From an uncultured Fibrobacterota bacterium (GTDB lineage: Bacteria; Fibrobacterota; Chitinivibrionia; Chitinivibrionales; FEN-1185), in the NCBI GenBank assembly GCA_963729895.1, contig CAVSQB010000009.1, positions 96,001-160,000 on the forward strand: a stretch of DNA of 64,000 nt, given 5' to 3'. The position numbers and the translations under genes were made by a program. The notes below the pieces were generated by a model. The model ran no database searches. It was not told the origin of the DNA and saw only the letters and a list, made by a program, of their open reading frames with translations. The first letter of the stretch is position 1. Each line of letters begins with the position of its first letter. Below are positions 41,837-51,128 of this stretch, piece after piece.

Positions 41837-43552
41837 ATGACAGTCGGCAAGTTTCTCGTTCTGCTCGCCTGCGCGTGGGCAGTGCTTTGCGTTGTGCCTG
41901 CAAAAACCTGTGCCCAGGCCATTCCAAAACCGGCCGAACAGTTCGGCGCAATATCTATGGACGGGATGTGGACATGGTACGGCGAACCCAAGGCGGTATA
42001 TTATGAGGGTACGCACCGGCGTACCTACATGACGTGGAACACGAGCAGTGGGACAAAGGGAATCGGCTACTACGACCACGACACCAAAGACACTGCAACC
42101 GCATCATTGCCGAAAATGCCCTACAACGGCAGCGACCATAATCATCCGGCCATCATCATGCGGCCAGACGGCAAGATCGTTACTTTCTGTACCGGCCATG
42201 ACGGCGGCGAGGTAACCGAATACATTTCCAAGAATCCCGAAGACATAACGTCGGGATGGGACGGGCCGTATTACCCGGGCGGTAACGGCGGCTACTGCTA
42301 CTGCAACGCCGTGTTTCTCAAAAACGAGGGCACACAGGGACGCTTCTACATTTTTTACCGGGACAATACGCAATATACCGGAGAAACGACCAACTACTGC
42401 CCTGCCTTCTGCACCAGCGACGACTGGGGTGTCACATGGAGCGCCAAGAAACGGCTGTATGTCTATGTGGGCAGCGCGTATAAGCCTTACCTCAAGTACG
42501 CCTCGGACGGGCTTTCGGAAATATACATATCCATCGAATACCAGAACCGGGAAGGTGACGGAAAAGGCAGGCCCGATTACTTTATGAAGTACAGTAACGG
42601 AACTTTCTACACCGTGGACAACAGGGTGCTCGCCACCATGGCAACGCTACCGGTTGTCAACACGCAGCTCGACACCATTTTCTACCCGTATACCTACGGG
42701 GCCGGGTTCAGCAACACCTGTTGCGACATAGCAATCGACGCCAACAACAATCCGGTTATCCTGTACTGCGCGTTCCAGAGCACGACACTGTACGAGTACT
42801 GGTACATGCGTTGGACCGGCACCTCATGGTTCAAACGGCCGCTCATAAACAGCGGCGCCTACCGCGGCGCCCAGAGCGGATTTTTTGCCGGCCTCACCTT
42901 CGACCATGAGAACCCGAACAACATCTATGTGTGCAGGCAGCTTCTCAGGCCGTCGGGAACGCCCTTTAATCTGATGGACACATCGGTTGCAAATTACAAA
43001 ACCCTCTCCGCCGCCGCATGGGTGACGGTCGACACGGTTCACGAACTTGACAGATGGACAACCCCGGACGGCGGCGTAACCTGGGACAGCATCGCCATCA
43101 CCCGTGGATCGCTCAACAAGAACATGCTGCCCTGCGTGCCGCGCAACCACAAACCCAACATGAAGATCGACTGTATGTGGCTCAACGGCGTGTACACCAG
43201 CATGGATGCCAGCGGTTACAATTGCGCGGTGAGAGTATTCCCCTATAAAGACGGAGAATCGCTCCCAACTACGGCAGTACAGCCCGCGTACCAATCGACC
43301 TTCGCGCCGCGAGGAATGGTTTGCAACGGCACGGGTGTGACTTTTTCCTTGATTCATCCGGAAAGGGCTTCATTCAAGGTGTATTCGCTGAACGGCAGGA
43401 TTGTGGCAGACCTGACATCTCTGGTGCGAACGATGAATGCAGGCCATGCGACACTTCCCTTTTCGGCCATGCACATTTCCAATGAGGCCTGCGTTGTTGA
43501 CCTTGACAATGGAAGTACGAGAACCGTGAGGAGCTTTGTGGTTACTAAATAG
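41837..43552 (+). CDS. BNR-4 repeat beta-propeller protein (paralog 3)
   Basis: WTWYGEPKA, SDHN, TGHDG, YCYCN, SDDWGVTW; T9SS-like tail. Confidence 0.8.
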   Translation: MTVGKFLVLLACAWAVLCVVPAKTCAQAIPKPAEQFGAISMDGMWTWYGEPKAVYYEGTHRRTYMTWNTSSGTKGIGYYDHDTKDTATASLPKMPYNGSDHNHPAIIMRPDGKIVTFCTGHDGGEVTEYISKNPEDITSGWDGPYYPGGNGGYCYCNAVFLKNEGTQGRFYIFYRDNTQYTGETTNYCPAFCTSDDWGVTWSAKKRLYVYVGSAYKPYLKYASDGLSEIYISIEYQNREGDGKGRPDYFMKYSNGTFYTVDNRVLATMATLPVVNTQLDTIFYPYTYGAGFSNTCCDIAIDANNNPVILYCAFQSTTLYEYWYMRWTGTSWFKRPLINSGAYRGAQSGFFAGLTFDHENPNNIYVCRQLLRPSGTPFNLMDTSVANYKTLSAAAWVTVDTVHELDRWTTPDGGVTWDSIAITRGSLNKNMLPCVPRNHKPNMKIDCMWLNGVYTSMDASGYNCAVRVFPYKDGESLPTTAVQPAYQSTFAPRGMVCNGTGVTFSLIHPERASFKVYSLNGRIVADLTSLVRTMNAGHATLPFSAMHISNEACVVDLDNGSTRTVRSFVVTK

Positions 43553-43566
43553 AAAAAGGGGGAGTC

Positions 43567-45288
43567 ATGAAATGCGGAAGAGGCCTTTCTCTGTGTCTAT
43601 GCCTGATTGCCCTGGTATTTTGCGTGTCGAACACAAGGGCCCAGGCAATCCCGAAGCCCGGCGAGCAATTCGCCGGGATCACCAACGACGGCATGTGGAC
43701 CTGGTACGGCGAGCCGAAGGCGGTCTATTTTGAAGGGGTGCATCGGCGGACCTACATGGCCTGGAACAAGAGCACCGGCGACAAACAGGTCGCGTACTAC
43801 GACCACGATACAAAGGAAACCCTGTCGGTGATCATGCCGAAAATGCCCTACAATGGCGACGACCACGATCATCCCTCCATCATAATGCGGCCCGACGGCA
43901 GGCTCCTCTTTTTCTGCACAGGACATGACGGCAACGAGGTTACCGAATACATTATGAAGAATCCGGAAGACCTTTCGTCCGGATGGAACGGTCCCTATTA
44001 TCCTGGCGGCAACGGCGGGTACTGCTACCCGAATGCGGTGTTTCTCAAAAACGAGGGAACACAAGGCCGATTCTATATTTTCTACCGGGACAATACACAG
44101 CTTTCGCCAACGGATTCCGTCAATTATTGTCCTTCCTTCTGCACCAGCGACGACTGGGGAGTCACCTGGAGCGCCAAGAAGCGGCTTTACCAATACGTGG
44201 GAAGCGCGTACAAACCGTATCTCAAGTACGCCACCGACGGGCTTTCGGAAATATATATATCCATCGAATTCCAGAACCGGGAGGGAGCAGGACAGGGCAG
44301 GCCCGACTACTTCATGAAATACAGCAACGGGACATTTTATACCGCGGACAACAGACAGCTTGCCACCATGGCGACGCTGCCGGTGTTCAACACACAGCTC
44401 GACACCATTTTCTACGCCTACCGGTACGGTGCCGGCTTCAGCAACACAGCGTGCGACATAGCAATCGACCCGAACAACAATCCGGTTATTCTGTACTGCT
44501 CGTTTCTCGACACATCGCTGTACGAGTACTGGTACATGCGTTGGACGGGCACGTCATGGTTCAAAAGACCGATTGTCAACAGCGGGGCCTATCGCGGCGC
44601 ACAAAGCGGATTCTTTGCCGGCCTCACCTTCGACCACGAGAACGCCAATAACATTTACGTATGCCGGCAACTCCTGAAGCCGGGCACCCCGGCCTTCAAT
44701 CTGCAGGATACTTCGGTGGCAAATTACAAGACCATCAAGGCATCCGATTGGGTGACGGTCGACGCGGTGCACGAACTTGAACGCTGGACAACCACGGACG
44801 GCGGCATCACCTGGGACACCATCGCAATCACCCGCAATTCCGCCAACAAGAACATGCTTCCCTGCGTTCCCCGGAACCACAAGCCCAACATGCAGGTGGA
44901 CGTCATGTGGCTTAACGGCGTGTACACAAGCATGAGCCCTGATAATGGCGGCTACAATTGTGCAGTGAGAATATTTCCTTACTTGCCGGGTGAAGCGCTC
45001 CCGACCACGGCCGCGCAGCCCGTGTTCCGGTCCACCCTTGCGCCCAAAGGAATGGTTTGTAACAGCTTGGGCGTAACCTTCTTCTTGGTGCATCCGGAAA
45101 GGGCTTCATGCAGGGTATATTCGCTGAACGGCAGCCTGATCGCGGACCTTACGTCCACGGTTCGCAGGATGAGCGCCGGCCATGCCACACTCCCCTTTTC
45201 GTCAATGCGTCCAGCAAACGGGGCCTGCGTCGTGGCACTTGACAACGGAAGCACGAGAACAACAGGGAACGTGTTCGTTGTAAAATAG
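43567..45288 (+). CDS. BNR-4 repeat beta-propeller protein (paralog 4)
   Basis: Highly similar to paralog 3; DDHD, TGHDG, YCYPN. Confidence 0.8.
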   Translation: MKCGRGLSLCLCLIALVFCVSNTRAQAIPKPGEQFAGITNDGMWTWYGEPKAVYFEGVHRRTYMAWNKSTGDKQVAYYDHDTKETLSVIMPKMPYNGDDHDHPSIIMRPDGRLLFFCTGHDGNEVTEYIMKNPEDLSSGWNGPYYPGGNGGYCYPNAVFLKNEGTQGRFYIFYRDNTQLSPTDSVNYCPSFCTSDDWGVTWSAKKRLYQYVGSAYKPYLKYATDGLSEIYISIEFQNREGAGQGRPDYFMKYSNGTFYTADNRQLATMATLPVFNTQLDTIFYAYRYGAGFSNTACDIAIDPNNNPVILYCSFLDTSLYEYWYMRWTGTSWFKRPIVNSGAYRGAQSGFFAGLTFDHENANNIYVCRQLLKPGTPAFNLQDTSVANYKTIKASDWVTVDAVHELERWTTTDGGITWDTIAITRNSANKNMLPCVPRNHKPNMQVDVMWLNGVYTSMSPDNGGYNCAVRIFPYLPGEALPTTAAQPVFRSTLAPKGMVCNSLGVTFFLVHPERASCRVYSLNGSLIADLTSTVRRMSAGHATLPFSSMRPANGACVVALDNGSTRTTGNVFVVK

Positions 45289-45393
45289 GCCAGCCAAGGC
45301 GCGGCATTCGCAAGATTTCATGATGCGAATGGATCATTTGTGGTTATATTAGACGATGGCAAGGCACGGCAACCAAGGTCGCTGCAAAGGTAA
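45289..45393 (+). pseudogene. Probable remnant of a further paralog's C-terminal tail
   Basis: Reads ASQGAAFARFHDANGSFVVILDDGKARQPRSLQR*, similar to the paralog tails GAAFLPF and ANGACVVALDNG. Confidence 0.5.
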
Positions 45394-45411
45394 TTGAGGG
45401 AGGAATTCAAT

Positions 45412-46992
45412 ATGCGGATGAAGTCGATCCTTTGGAGTTCGATGCTTCTTTTCGCAGCATCGGGATACGTGCACCTGGGTAGCGCGCAGGCGGTCCCCAA
45501 GCCGGGCGCAAACTTTACTTCGATCACCGGAAACGGCGCATGGACTTGGTATGGAAACCCGGTTTCGATTTACTACGAGGGCAAATACAGAAAGACCTAC
45601 ATGGGTTGGATTTCCAACACCGGTGTCATCGCCGTTGCATCGTACGACCATGCGACAGGCGATACGGCCACCAAGGTGATCCGGACCGGCTATGCGGTCG
45701 ACGACCATAACCACCCGAGCCTGCTCATGCGCCCCGACGGACACCTCATGGTGTTCTTTTGCGGCCACGACGGAGCAACGATGAGCCTGTATGTTTCCAC
45801 CAATCCCGAAGACATCTCCTCGTTCGGCCCGGAACTTCAAGTCGCTCCCGGCCCGGGCATCACCTACGCCTATCCCAACCCAATGTTCCTGAGCGCGGAA
45901 GGTGATAGCGGCAGGATTTTCCTCTTCTACCGCAGCATGGGGCTCAAGCCGTGCTTCACCTACAGCGATGACTGGGGAAAGACTTGGACACCCACAAAAA
46001 ACTATTACACCAATCCGGATAGCACGCCCAAGTCGTATGTCAACTACTGCTGCAACGGCAAGGACGAAATTGACATGGTAATCGAAAAAGGGCATCGTGC
46101 AGGCTACTGGCCCCTATATTTCCTCAGGTACAAGAACGGCGCTTTTTACAAAATTGACGGCACCCAACTGGCCACCATGGACCAATTGCCTGTCTTGAAC
46201 ACCGAGCTCGACACCGTGATGGACCCCGCTTCTTCGGGCTGCCACGGCTCCGCATGGGACATAACCCTTGACAACAACGGATATCCCGTGGTGGCCTACG
46301 ACCAGTTCAAGGACGCCAACAACCACATCTACTACTATGTCCGCTGGACCGGGACGTCCTGGTTCAAACAGGCGTTGGTGAACAGCGGGGCCGACATGGG
46401 AGCCGAAGACGGGTTCGCCGGAGGCGTAACCCTCAATCACGACTACCCAGGCATCGTGTACATGTCGCGACAGATAAACGGCATGCATGAAATCGACAAA
46501 TGGATGACTTCCGACGGCGGAACTACCTGGGATTCTGCGGCCATCACACGCGGCTCGGCAAACAAGAACACCCGCCCCATCGTGCCCCGCGGACACGTGA
46601 TGGGCGACAAACTTGAGGTGATATGGATGTACGGCTCCTACACCGCATTCACCGGTACCGGATTCAACACCGCGGTAAAGATGTATGCTTTTAATGAGAC
46701 CGTGGGGGTAAAAGACCGCTTATCAGCGGCGTCAACCGTGAACGGCGGGCTGGTCCGGTTGTCAAAAGCCGGCATGTCGATCGACCTTGTCAATCGAGCT
46801 CAGTCATCGCTCAAATTGTACTCCTTGGATGGCCGCCTTGTGGCCGACCTCACGCGCTTCTTGCGGGAAGCAAACGCGAGTCCGGTATTTGTTCCCTTTT
46901 CCCAGGTGCGCTGCGCATCCGGCGCCTGCCTGCTTGAATTGAATCACAATGGTTTTCGAACTGTGGAAAAGGTGATGGTTTCTCGTCGGTAA
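45412..46992 (+). CDS. BNR-4 repeat beta-propeller protein (paralog 5)
   Basis: GAWTWY, DDHNHP, CGHDG, YAYPN, SDDWGKTW; T9SS-like tail. Confidence 0.8.
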   Translation: MRMKSILWSSMLLFAASGYVHLGSAQAVPKPGANFTSITGNGAWTWYGNPVSIYYEGKYRKTYMGWISNTGVIAVASYDHATGDTATKVIRTGYAVDDHNHPSLLMRPDGHLMVFFCGHDGATMSLYVSTNPEDISSFGPELQVAPGPGITYAYPNPMFLSAEGDSGRIFLFYRSMGLKPCFTYSDDWGKTWTPTKNYYTNPDSTPKSYVNYCCNGKDEIDMVIEKGHRAGYWPLYFLRYKNGAFYKIDGTQLATMDQLPVLNTELDTVMDPASSGCHGSAWDITLDNNGYPVVAYDQFKDANNHIYYYVRWTGTSWFKQALVNSGADMGAEDGFAGGVTLNHDYPGIVYMSRQINGMHEIDKWMTSDGGTTWDSAAITRGSANKNTRPIVPRGHVMGDKLEVIWMYGSYTAFTGTGFNTAVKMYAFNETVGVKDRLSAASTVNGGLVRLSKAGMSIDLVNRAQSSLKLYSLDGRLVADLTRFLREANASPVFVPFSQVRCASGACLLELNHNGFRTVEKVMVSRR

Positions 46993-47034
46993 AAGATATC
47001 CGGCAACGTTCGTTTGTTTTGTTGTATGTAATGA

Positions 47035-47068
47035 GCTTTCCTGGAAAGCACCCTCATCATGAGGGTGC
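47035..47068. promoter_or_regulatory. Two overlapping perfect palindromes, possible operators
   Basis: gctttcc-t-ggaaagc (47035-47049) and gcaccctcat-c-atgagggtgc (47048-47068). Confidence 0.4.
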
Positions 47069-47158
47069 CTGTCACTATGTCAAGACAGTACAGGATTTCC
47101 GTGATCGGGAATTTCTTGATCGATTAAGCGATATTGAAATCCAAAAGGGGGGAAAATC

Positions 47159-48835
47159 ATGCGTTCCATCAAGGTGCCGGTTCTTTCTTTCTTGACGCTT
47201 TTAGTCGCGTTTTCTGTCCCGCAAAATCTTTTTGCGCAAACAATCCCGCAACCGGGCGAAAGTTTCTCCGAAATCACCAACAATGGTATGTGGACGTGGT
47301 ACGGCGAACCAAAAGCCGTTTACTACGAGGGAGTGCACCGGCGCACCTACATCGGCTGGAACTCCAACATCAGCACGGGCGCGCAATTTGTCGGTTACTA
47401 CGATCACGACACAAAAACAACCGCCCAGGTCGAGCTTCCAAGGCATTATCCCGCAGACGACCACAACCACCCGAGTGTAATCGTGCGGCCCGACGGCCGG
47501 ATTATGATTTTCCACACCGGACACGACGGCAAGGAAATTTCCGAATACATTTCCAAGAACCCCGAAGATATTACGGCTCTGGATACTTTTACGGTAACCA
47601 TACTCGACTGGTGCTGCTACCCCAACGTCTGCTTCCTCAAGAACGAAGGCACTCAAGGAAGATACTACCTGTTTTTCCGAGACCTGAACCAAGAACCGTG
47701 GTTCCGTACCAGCGACGACTGGGGAGTAACATGGAGCAAAGAGCTTAATCTTTATACCAACAACCCGCACGGCTACAAGCCGTATTTAAAATGCGCATCG
47801 AACGGAATCGACGAAATCCATATCGACGTAGAGCGTGAGAACCGCGCCGGCGGCGGCAACATCCCCACCTATTACATGAAATACAAGAACGGCGCGTTTT
47901 ACCAGGCAAGCGGTGCGCTGATCACCACCATCGACAAGCTTCCCATTGTCAATACCGTCCTCGACACCGTGATATATCCCGGCGCCTACGGCGCGGGCGG
48001 GACGGTGTGGGACATCGCGTACGACAAAAACGACAATCCCCTTATTCTGTACGATATGTTCTTCAACAACAACTCAACTCATGTGTACTGGTATTTGCGG
48101 TGGACCGGAAGCTATTGGTTCAAAAGGCCGCTGGTGAACAGCGGCAATAACATGGGCGTCGCCGGGCAGCAGTTCTGCGGCGGGTTTACCTTCGACCACG
48201 AAAACCCGAACGTTATTTACGTGTCGCGCCAATTGTTGAAACCCAGCGCCACCCCGTTCAATCTTGCGGACACAAGTTTTGCAAATTACAAGAAGATTGC
48301 CCTAACGAATTTTGTGACCGTCGATTCCGGGTTCGAACTTGACAAGTGGACAACAGCCGACAGCGGCCTTACCTGGGACTCGGCGGCCATCACGCGCGGG
48401 TCGGCTGCAAAGAATATTCGTCCCTGCGTACCGCGCGGTCACAAGGACAACGAGAACATCAACGTAATCTGGCTCGACGGCACCTGCACGAGCATGGGCG
48501 GCGACGGTTACAACATGGCGATACGGATGTATCCGACCGACAGGACGGTGCCCGCGCTCCCGGTGAGCCGGACTCCTGCACCCAACGCAGCCGCGGATCT
48601 CCGGATTACCACAACAGGAATTCAGGTTACGCTTGTCCGGCCGTCGCGCGCGTCCCTGAAAATCTATTCCCTTGCAGGCAGGCTCGTTGCCGACTTGACA
48701 AAACGGATCAGGGCCGCAAGCTCCGGGTTCGTAACGATTCCGTTAGCTGAGATCGGGTGCCCGAAAGGAACGTACCTTGTAAAACTCGACAACGGGGAAT
48801 ACGGGGTCACAAAGAGCGTGGTGACGCTCAGGTAG
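47159..48835 (+). CDS. BNR-4 repeat beta-propeller protein (paralog 6)
   Basis: WTWYGEPKA, DDHNHP, TGHDG, CYPN, FFRD, SDDWGVTW; T9SS-like tail. Confidence 0.8.
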   Translation: MRSIKVPVLSFLTLLVAFSVPQNLFAQTIPQPGESFSEITNNGMWTWYGEPKAVYYEGVHRRTYIGWNSNISTGAQFVGYYDHDTKTTAQVELPRHYPADDHNHPSVIVRPDGRIMIFHTGHDGKEISEYISKNPEDITALDTFTVTILDWCCYPNVCFLKNEGTQGRYYLFFRDLNQEPWFRTSDDWGVTWSKELNLYTNNPHGYKPYLKCASNGIDEIHIDVERENRAGGGNIPTYYMKYKNGAFYQASGALITTIDKLPIVNTVLDTVIYPGAYGAGGTVWDIAYDKNDNPLILYDMFFNNNSTHVYWYLRWTGSYWFKRPLVNSGNNMGVAGQQFCGGFTFDHENPNVIYVSRQLLKPSATPFNLADTSFANYKKIALTNFVTVDSGFELDKWTTADSGLTWDSAAITRGSAAKNIRPCVPRGHKDNENINVIWLDGTCTSMGGDGYNMAIRMYPTDRTVPALPVSRTPAPNAAADLRITTTGIQVTLVRPSRASLKIYSLAGRLVADLTKRIRAASSGFVTIPLAEIGCPKGTYLVKLDNGEYGVTKSVVTLR

Positions 48836-48966
48836 CCGGCGTCCCTGGCCGGTTACTTTCCTTGTCGGACGTTGCGGAAGCATGCCGTCGCGCGCTCGTG
48901 GAAGTATATGCGTTTGCATTTAATCGTTTCAATAGCTTGTCAAACAAGTATGAAAGGAATACCAAA

Positions 48967-50313
48967 GTGAAACCGGTAACATTGCTCTTCGGTTTCTGTA
49001 TTGTACTGGTTACGCAATTTGCAGCTGCCCAGCCCGAATTCACCCCGGACAGCATCAAGGGGGCATGCAAACGCGTGGCAAAGGCGCGCCTGAAGTCCAC
49101 CCAGGACAACGGATGGCAGGGCGGGGCGTATTACGAAGGCGTCATGGCCCTGTATAATATGGCAAAGGACAAGCAATATCTCGACAGTACCGTCGCGTGG
49201 GGAAACTACCACAAGTGGCTGTCCACCTCGTCCGACACATTCACCACAAATTACGACGACATCTGTTGTTATCAGGCCTATCTGGAAACCTATCTGGCTG
49301 ATCCTCAATCCGCGAATTTACCGCATGTTCAGCCGGCGCTCGATTATATCGAACGGTACACCTACCAGATTTGCCCCAACAAGTGCGGTGCCGTGGCATG
49401 GCCTATCGTTGACCAATATCAAATGGCTGCGCCAAACTATCCTCGTGCGGCCCTCATTCTCAACGACACGGTCATGTATGATTCGATTTACCATTTTACC
49501 GTCATGAACGCAACCCACCACTACAATGTCAAATTCCACCTTTTCAATTCGAATTGCAGCGACACCAACACTACTCGACAATGGTGGGGCCGCGGCTGCG
49601 GCTGGGGCGTGTGCGCGACATGCAGGATTCACCAGTACCTGCCGGTAGGCCACCCGGGACGCGTCTGGTGCGAGCAGAGAATTATTGAGACCTGCGCGGA
49701 GCTCTTGACCCTGCAGAACGATACCGACGGCATGTGGCGCAGCGAGCTGTTTACGCCAGCCTGGAACAAGGAGGCGAGCTGTACCGGTCTCTTCTGCTAC
49801 GAGTTTCTGTACGCCATCCGCAACGGAATCGTTGACAGCGCCACATACATAGGTCCGGCCAAGAAAGCATGGAAAGGCATGCTTGACTGCATCGGCGTTG
49901 ACCCCGCCCAGCCTGACCTGATCGGGTGGTCTCAAGGCGTGGGCGGCTCGCCTTCCAACAACTTCGGTATCACCAACCACGACGAATATACCGAAGGCGG
50001 GTTCTTCCTCGCGGGGAACGAGTTTTATCGGCTGCTTACCGAGGGGGTGGTGCACACAGGGACTCCGGTCGGCAGGTCTGTTGCACCTGCGTCGTCCCCC
50101 AGGCATGCGGCGGCTGTCCGGGTGACGACCTGTCTTGACAAGTCAATGCGACTCGCCGCACCCCAGGGGGCGGTGGGACTCGAAGTCTATTCCCTCGACG
50201 GGCGTCTTGTCGGCCGAACAAACATCACAGAGGCGGCGATATCAAGGTTCGCGGCACGTGTAAACGGCTTGCAAACCAATGGTCCGTTCATCGTCAAATA
50301 CCTGTTCCAGTAA
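48967..50313 (+). CDS. GH105/GH88-like unsaturated uronyl hydrolase with a T9SS-like tail
   Basis: W..G.YY.G..A.Y, DDIC..Q.Y, W..VD..QMA, WGRG.GW, LQ...G.W, EASCTGLF.Y; GTG start after gaaagga. Confidence 0.85.
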   Translation: MKPVTLLFGFCIVLVTQFAAAQPEFTPDSIKGACKRVAKARLKSTQDNGWQGGAYYEGVMALYNMAKDKQYLDSTVAWGNYHKWLSTSSDTFTTNYDDICCYQAYLETYLADPQSANLPHVQPALDYIERYTYQICPNKCGAVAWPIVDQYQMAAPNYPRAALILNDTVMYDSIYHFTVMNATHHYNVKFHLFNSNCSDTNTTRQWWGRGCGWGVCATCRIHQYLPVGHPGRVWCEQRIIETCAELLTLQNDTDGMWRSELFTPAWNKEASCTGLFCYEFLYAIRNGIVDSATYIGPAKKAWKGMLDCIGVDPAQPDLIGWSQGVGGSPSNNFGITNHDEYTEGGFFLAGNEFYRLLTEGVVHTGTPVGRSVAPASSPRHAAAVRVTTCLDKSMRLAAPQGAVGLEVYSLDGRLVGRTNITEAAISRFAARVNGLQTNGPFIVKYLFQ

Positions 50314-50333
50314 GAAACCGTTGCACTACATTC

Positions 50334-50367
50334 AAGAAAGCCGCCCCGCGCTCCGGGCGGCTTTCTT
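50334..50367. terminator. Terminator hairpin between convergent operons
   Basis: aagaaagccgccc...gggcggctttctt. Confidence 0.75.
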
Positions 50368-50387
50368 CGTTTGATAAACGGATATCA

Positions 50388-51128
50388 CTACGGCAGGAGC
50401 AGAGGCGGCCGCGCACCAGTCACTACCTTGGCGGCCGCCTGCTGGCTCTTGTATTCCTCCCAAGTATTCCAGGAGTGGCATGCGCCGCAATACCCGGGAT
50501 CGAACACGCCGTTTATGTGCGTCGCGGGATCAACGGCATTGTTTGGGACGCTGTAAAGTGAGTCATGACAGTTGTTACAGCGGTTCACATTGCCACCAAC
50601 CGTCTTGTTGCCGATTGCCGGATATGCCTTGAGCGCATGACCGTAGTGGAACGTGTAAATGCTGTTTGAATCGCTTGTAGTAGTTGAGAGGTCATGGCAC
50701 GCGCCGCACGATCTGTCAATCGAATCCGCGCTCCATTGGACCGTTGCATGCGTTCCCTGCGGAATTCCTCCGTGGCAATACACATTGCTGCATTGCCCGG
50801 AGCCTAGGTCGTAGGCGGCCTTCCCGCTGTCGTCCCAAGGACTTGAGAAAACTACATCGATGCGGCCGTTCATGTGCGTGAGCGTGTCGACGTAGTAGGT
50901 ATTGGTGGTTGGGTCTGCCGCATAGCCAAGGTGGCAACGGGAGCAGGCGTAGCCGAGCGTGTCCACATGGTACGCGTGAGCGCGGTCTGACGGCGGAAGG
51001 CCGTGGCAAATTCCGCATTCGTCGGCGGCAATCGTTGCTCCGGGCGCACCAACCCCATCGTTCACCTCACTGCAGTTCAAGACCAGCAAGGCCAGAACCG
51101 CCGCTATCATGCCGCATGTTTTCTTCAT
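50388..51128 (-). CDS. Multiheme c-type cytochrome lipoprotein (CxxxxCH/CxxCH type), 6 heme motifs
   Basis: Lipobox-like LVLNC; CGICH, CSRCH, CSNVYCH, CGACH, CNNCH, CGACH; H.NG..DV.F pattern. Confidence 0.88.
   Translation of the reverse strand: MKKTCGMIAAVLALLVLNCSEVNDGVGAPGATIAADECGICHGLPPSDRAHAYHVDTLGYACSRCHLGYAADPTTNTYYVDTLTHMNGRIDVVFSSPWDDSGKAAYDLGSGQCSNVYCHGGIPQGTHATVQWSADSIDRSCGACHDLSTTTSDSNSIYTFHYGHALKAYPAIGNKTVGGNVNRCNNCHDSLYSVPNNAVDPATHINGVFDPGYCGACHSWNTWEEYKSQQAAAKVVTGARPPLLLP

Noticed and set aside
38215..48835. Recurrent DNA similarity suggesting an array or an assembly duplication
   Set aside because: The copies are diverged, intact paralogous genes with no repeat-spacer structure
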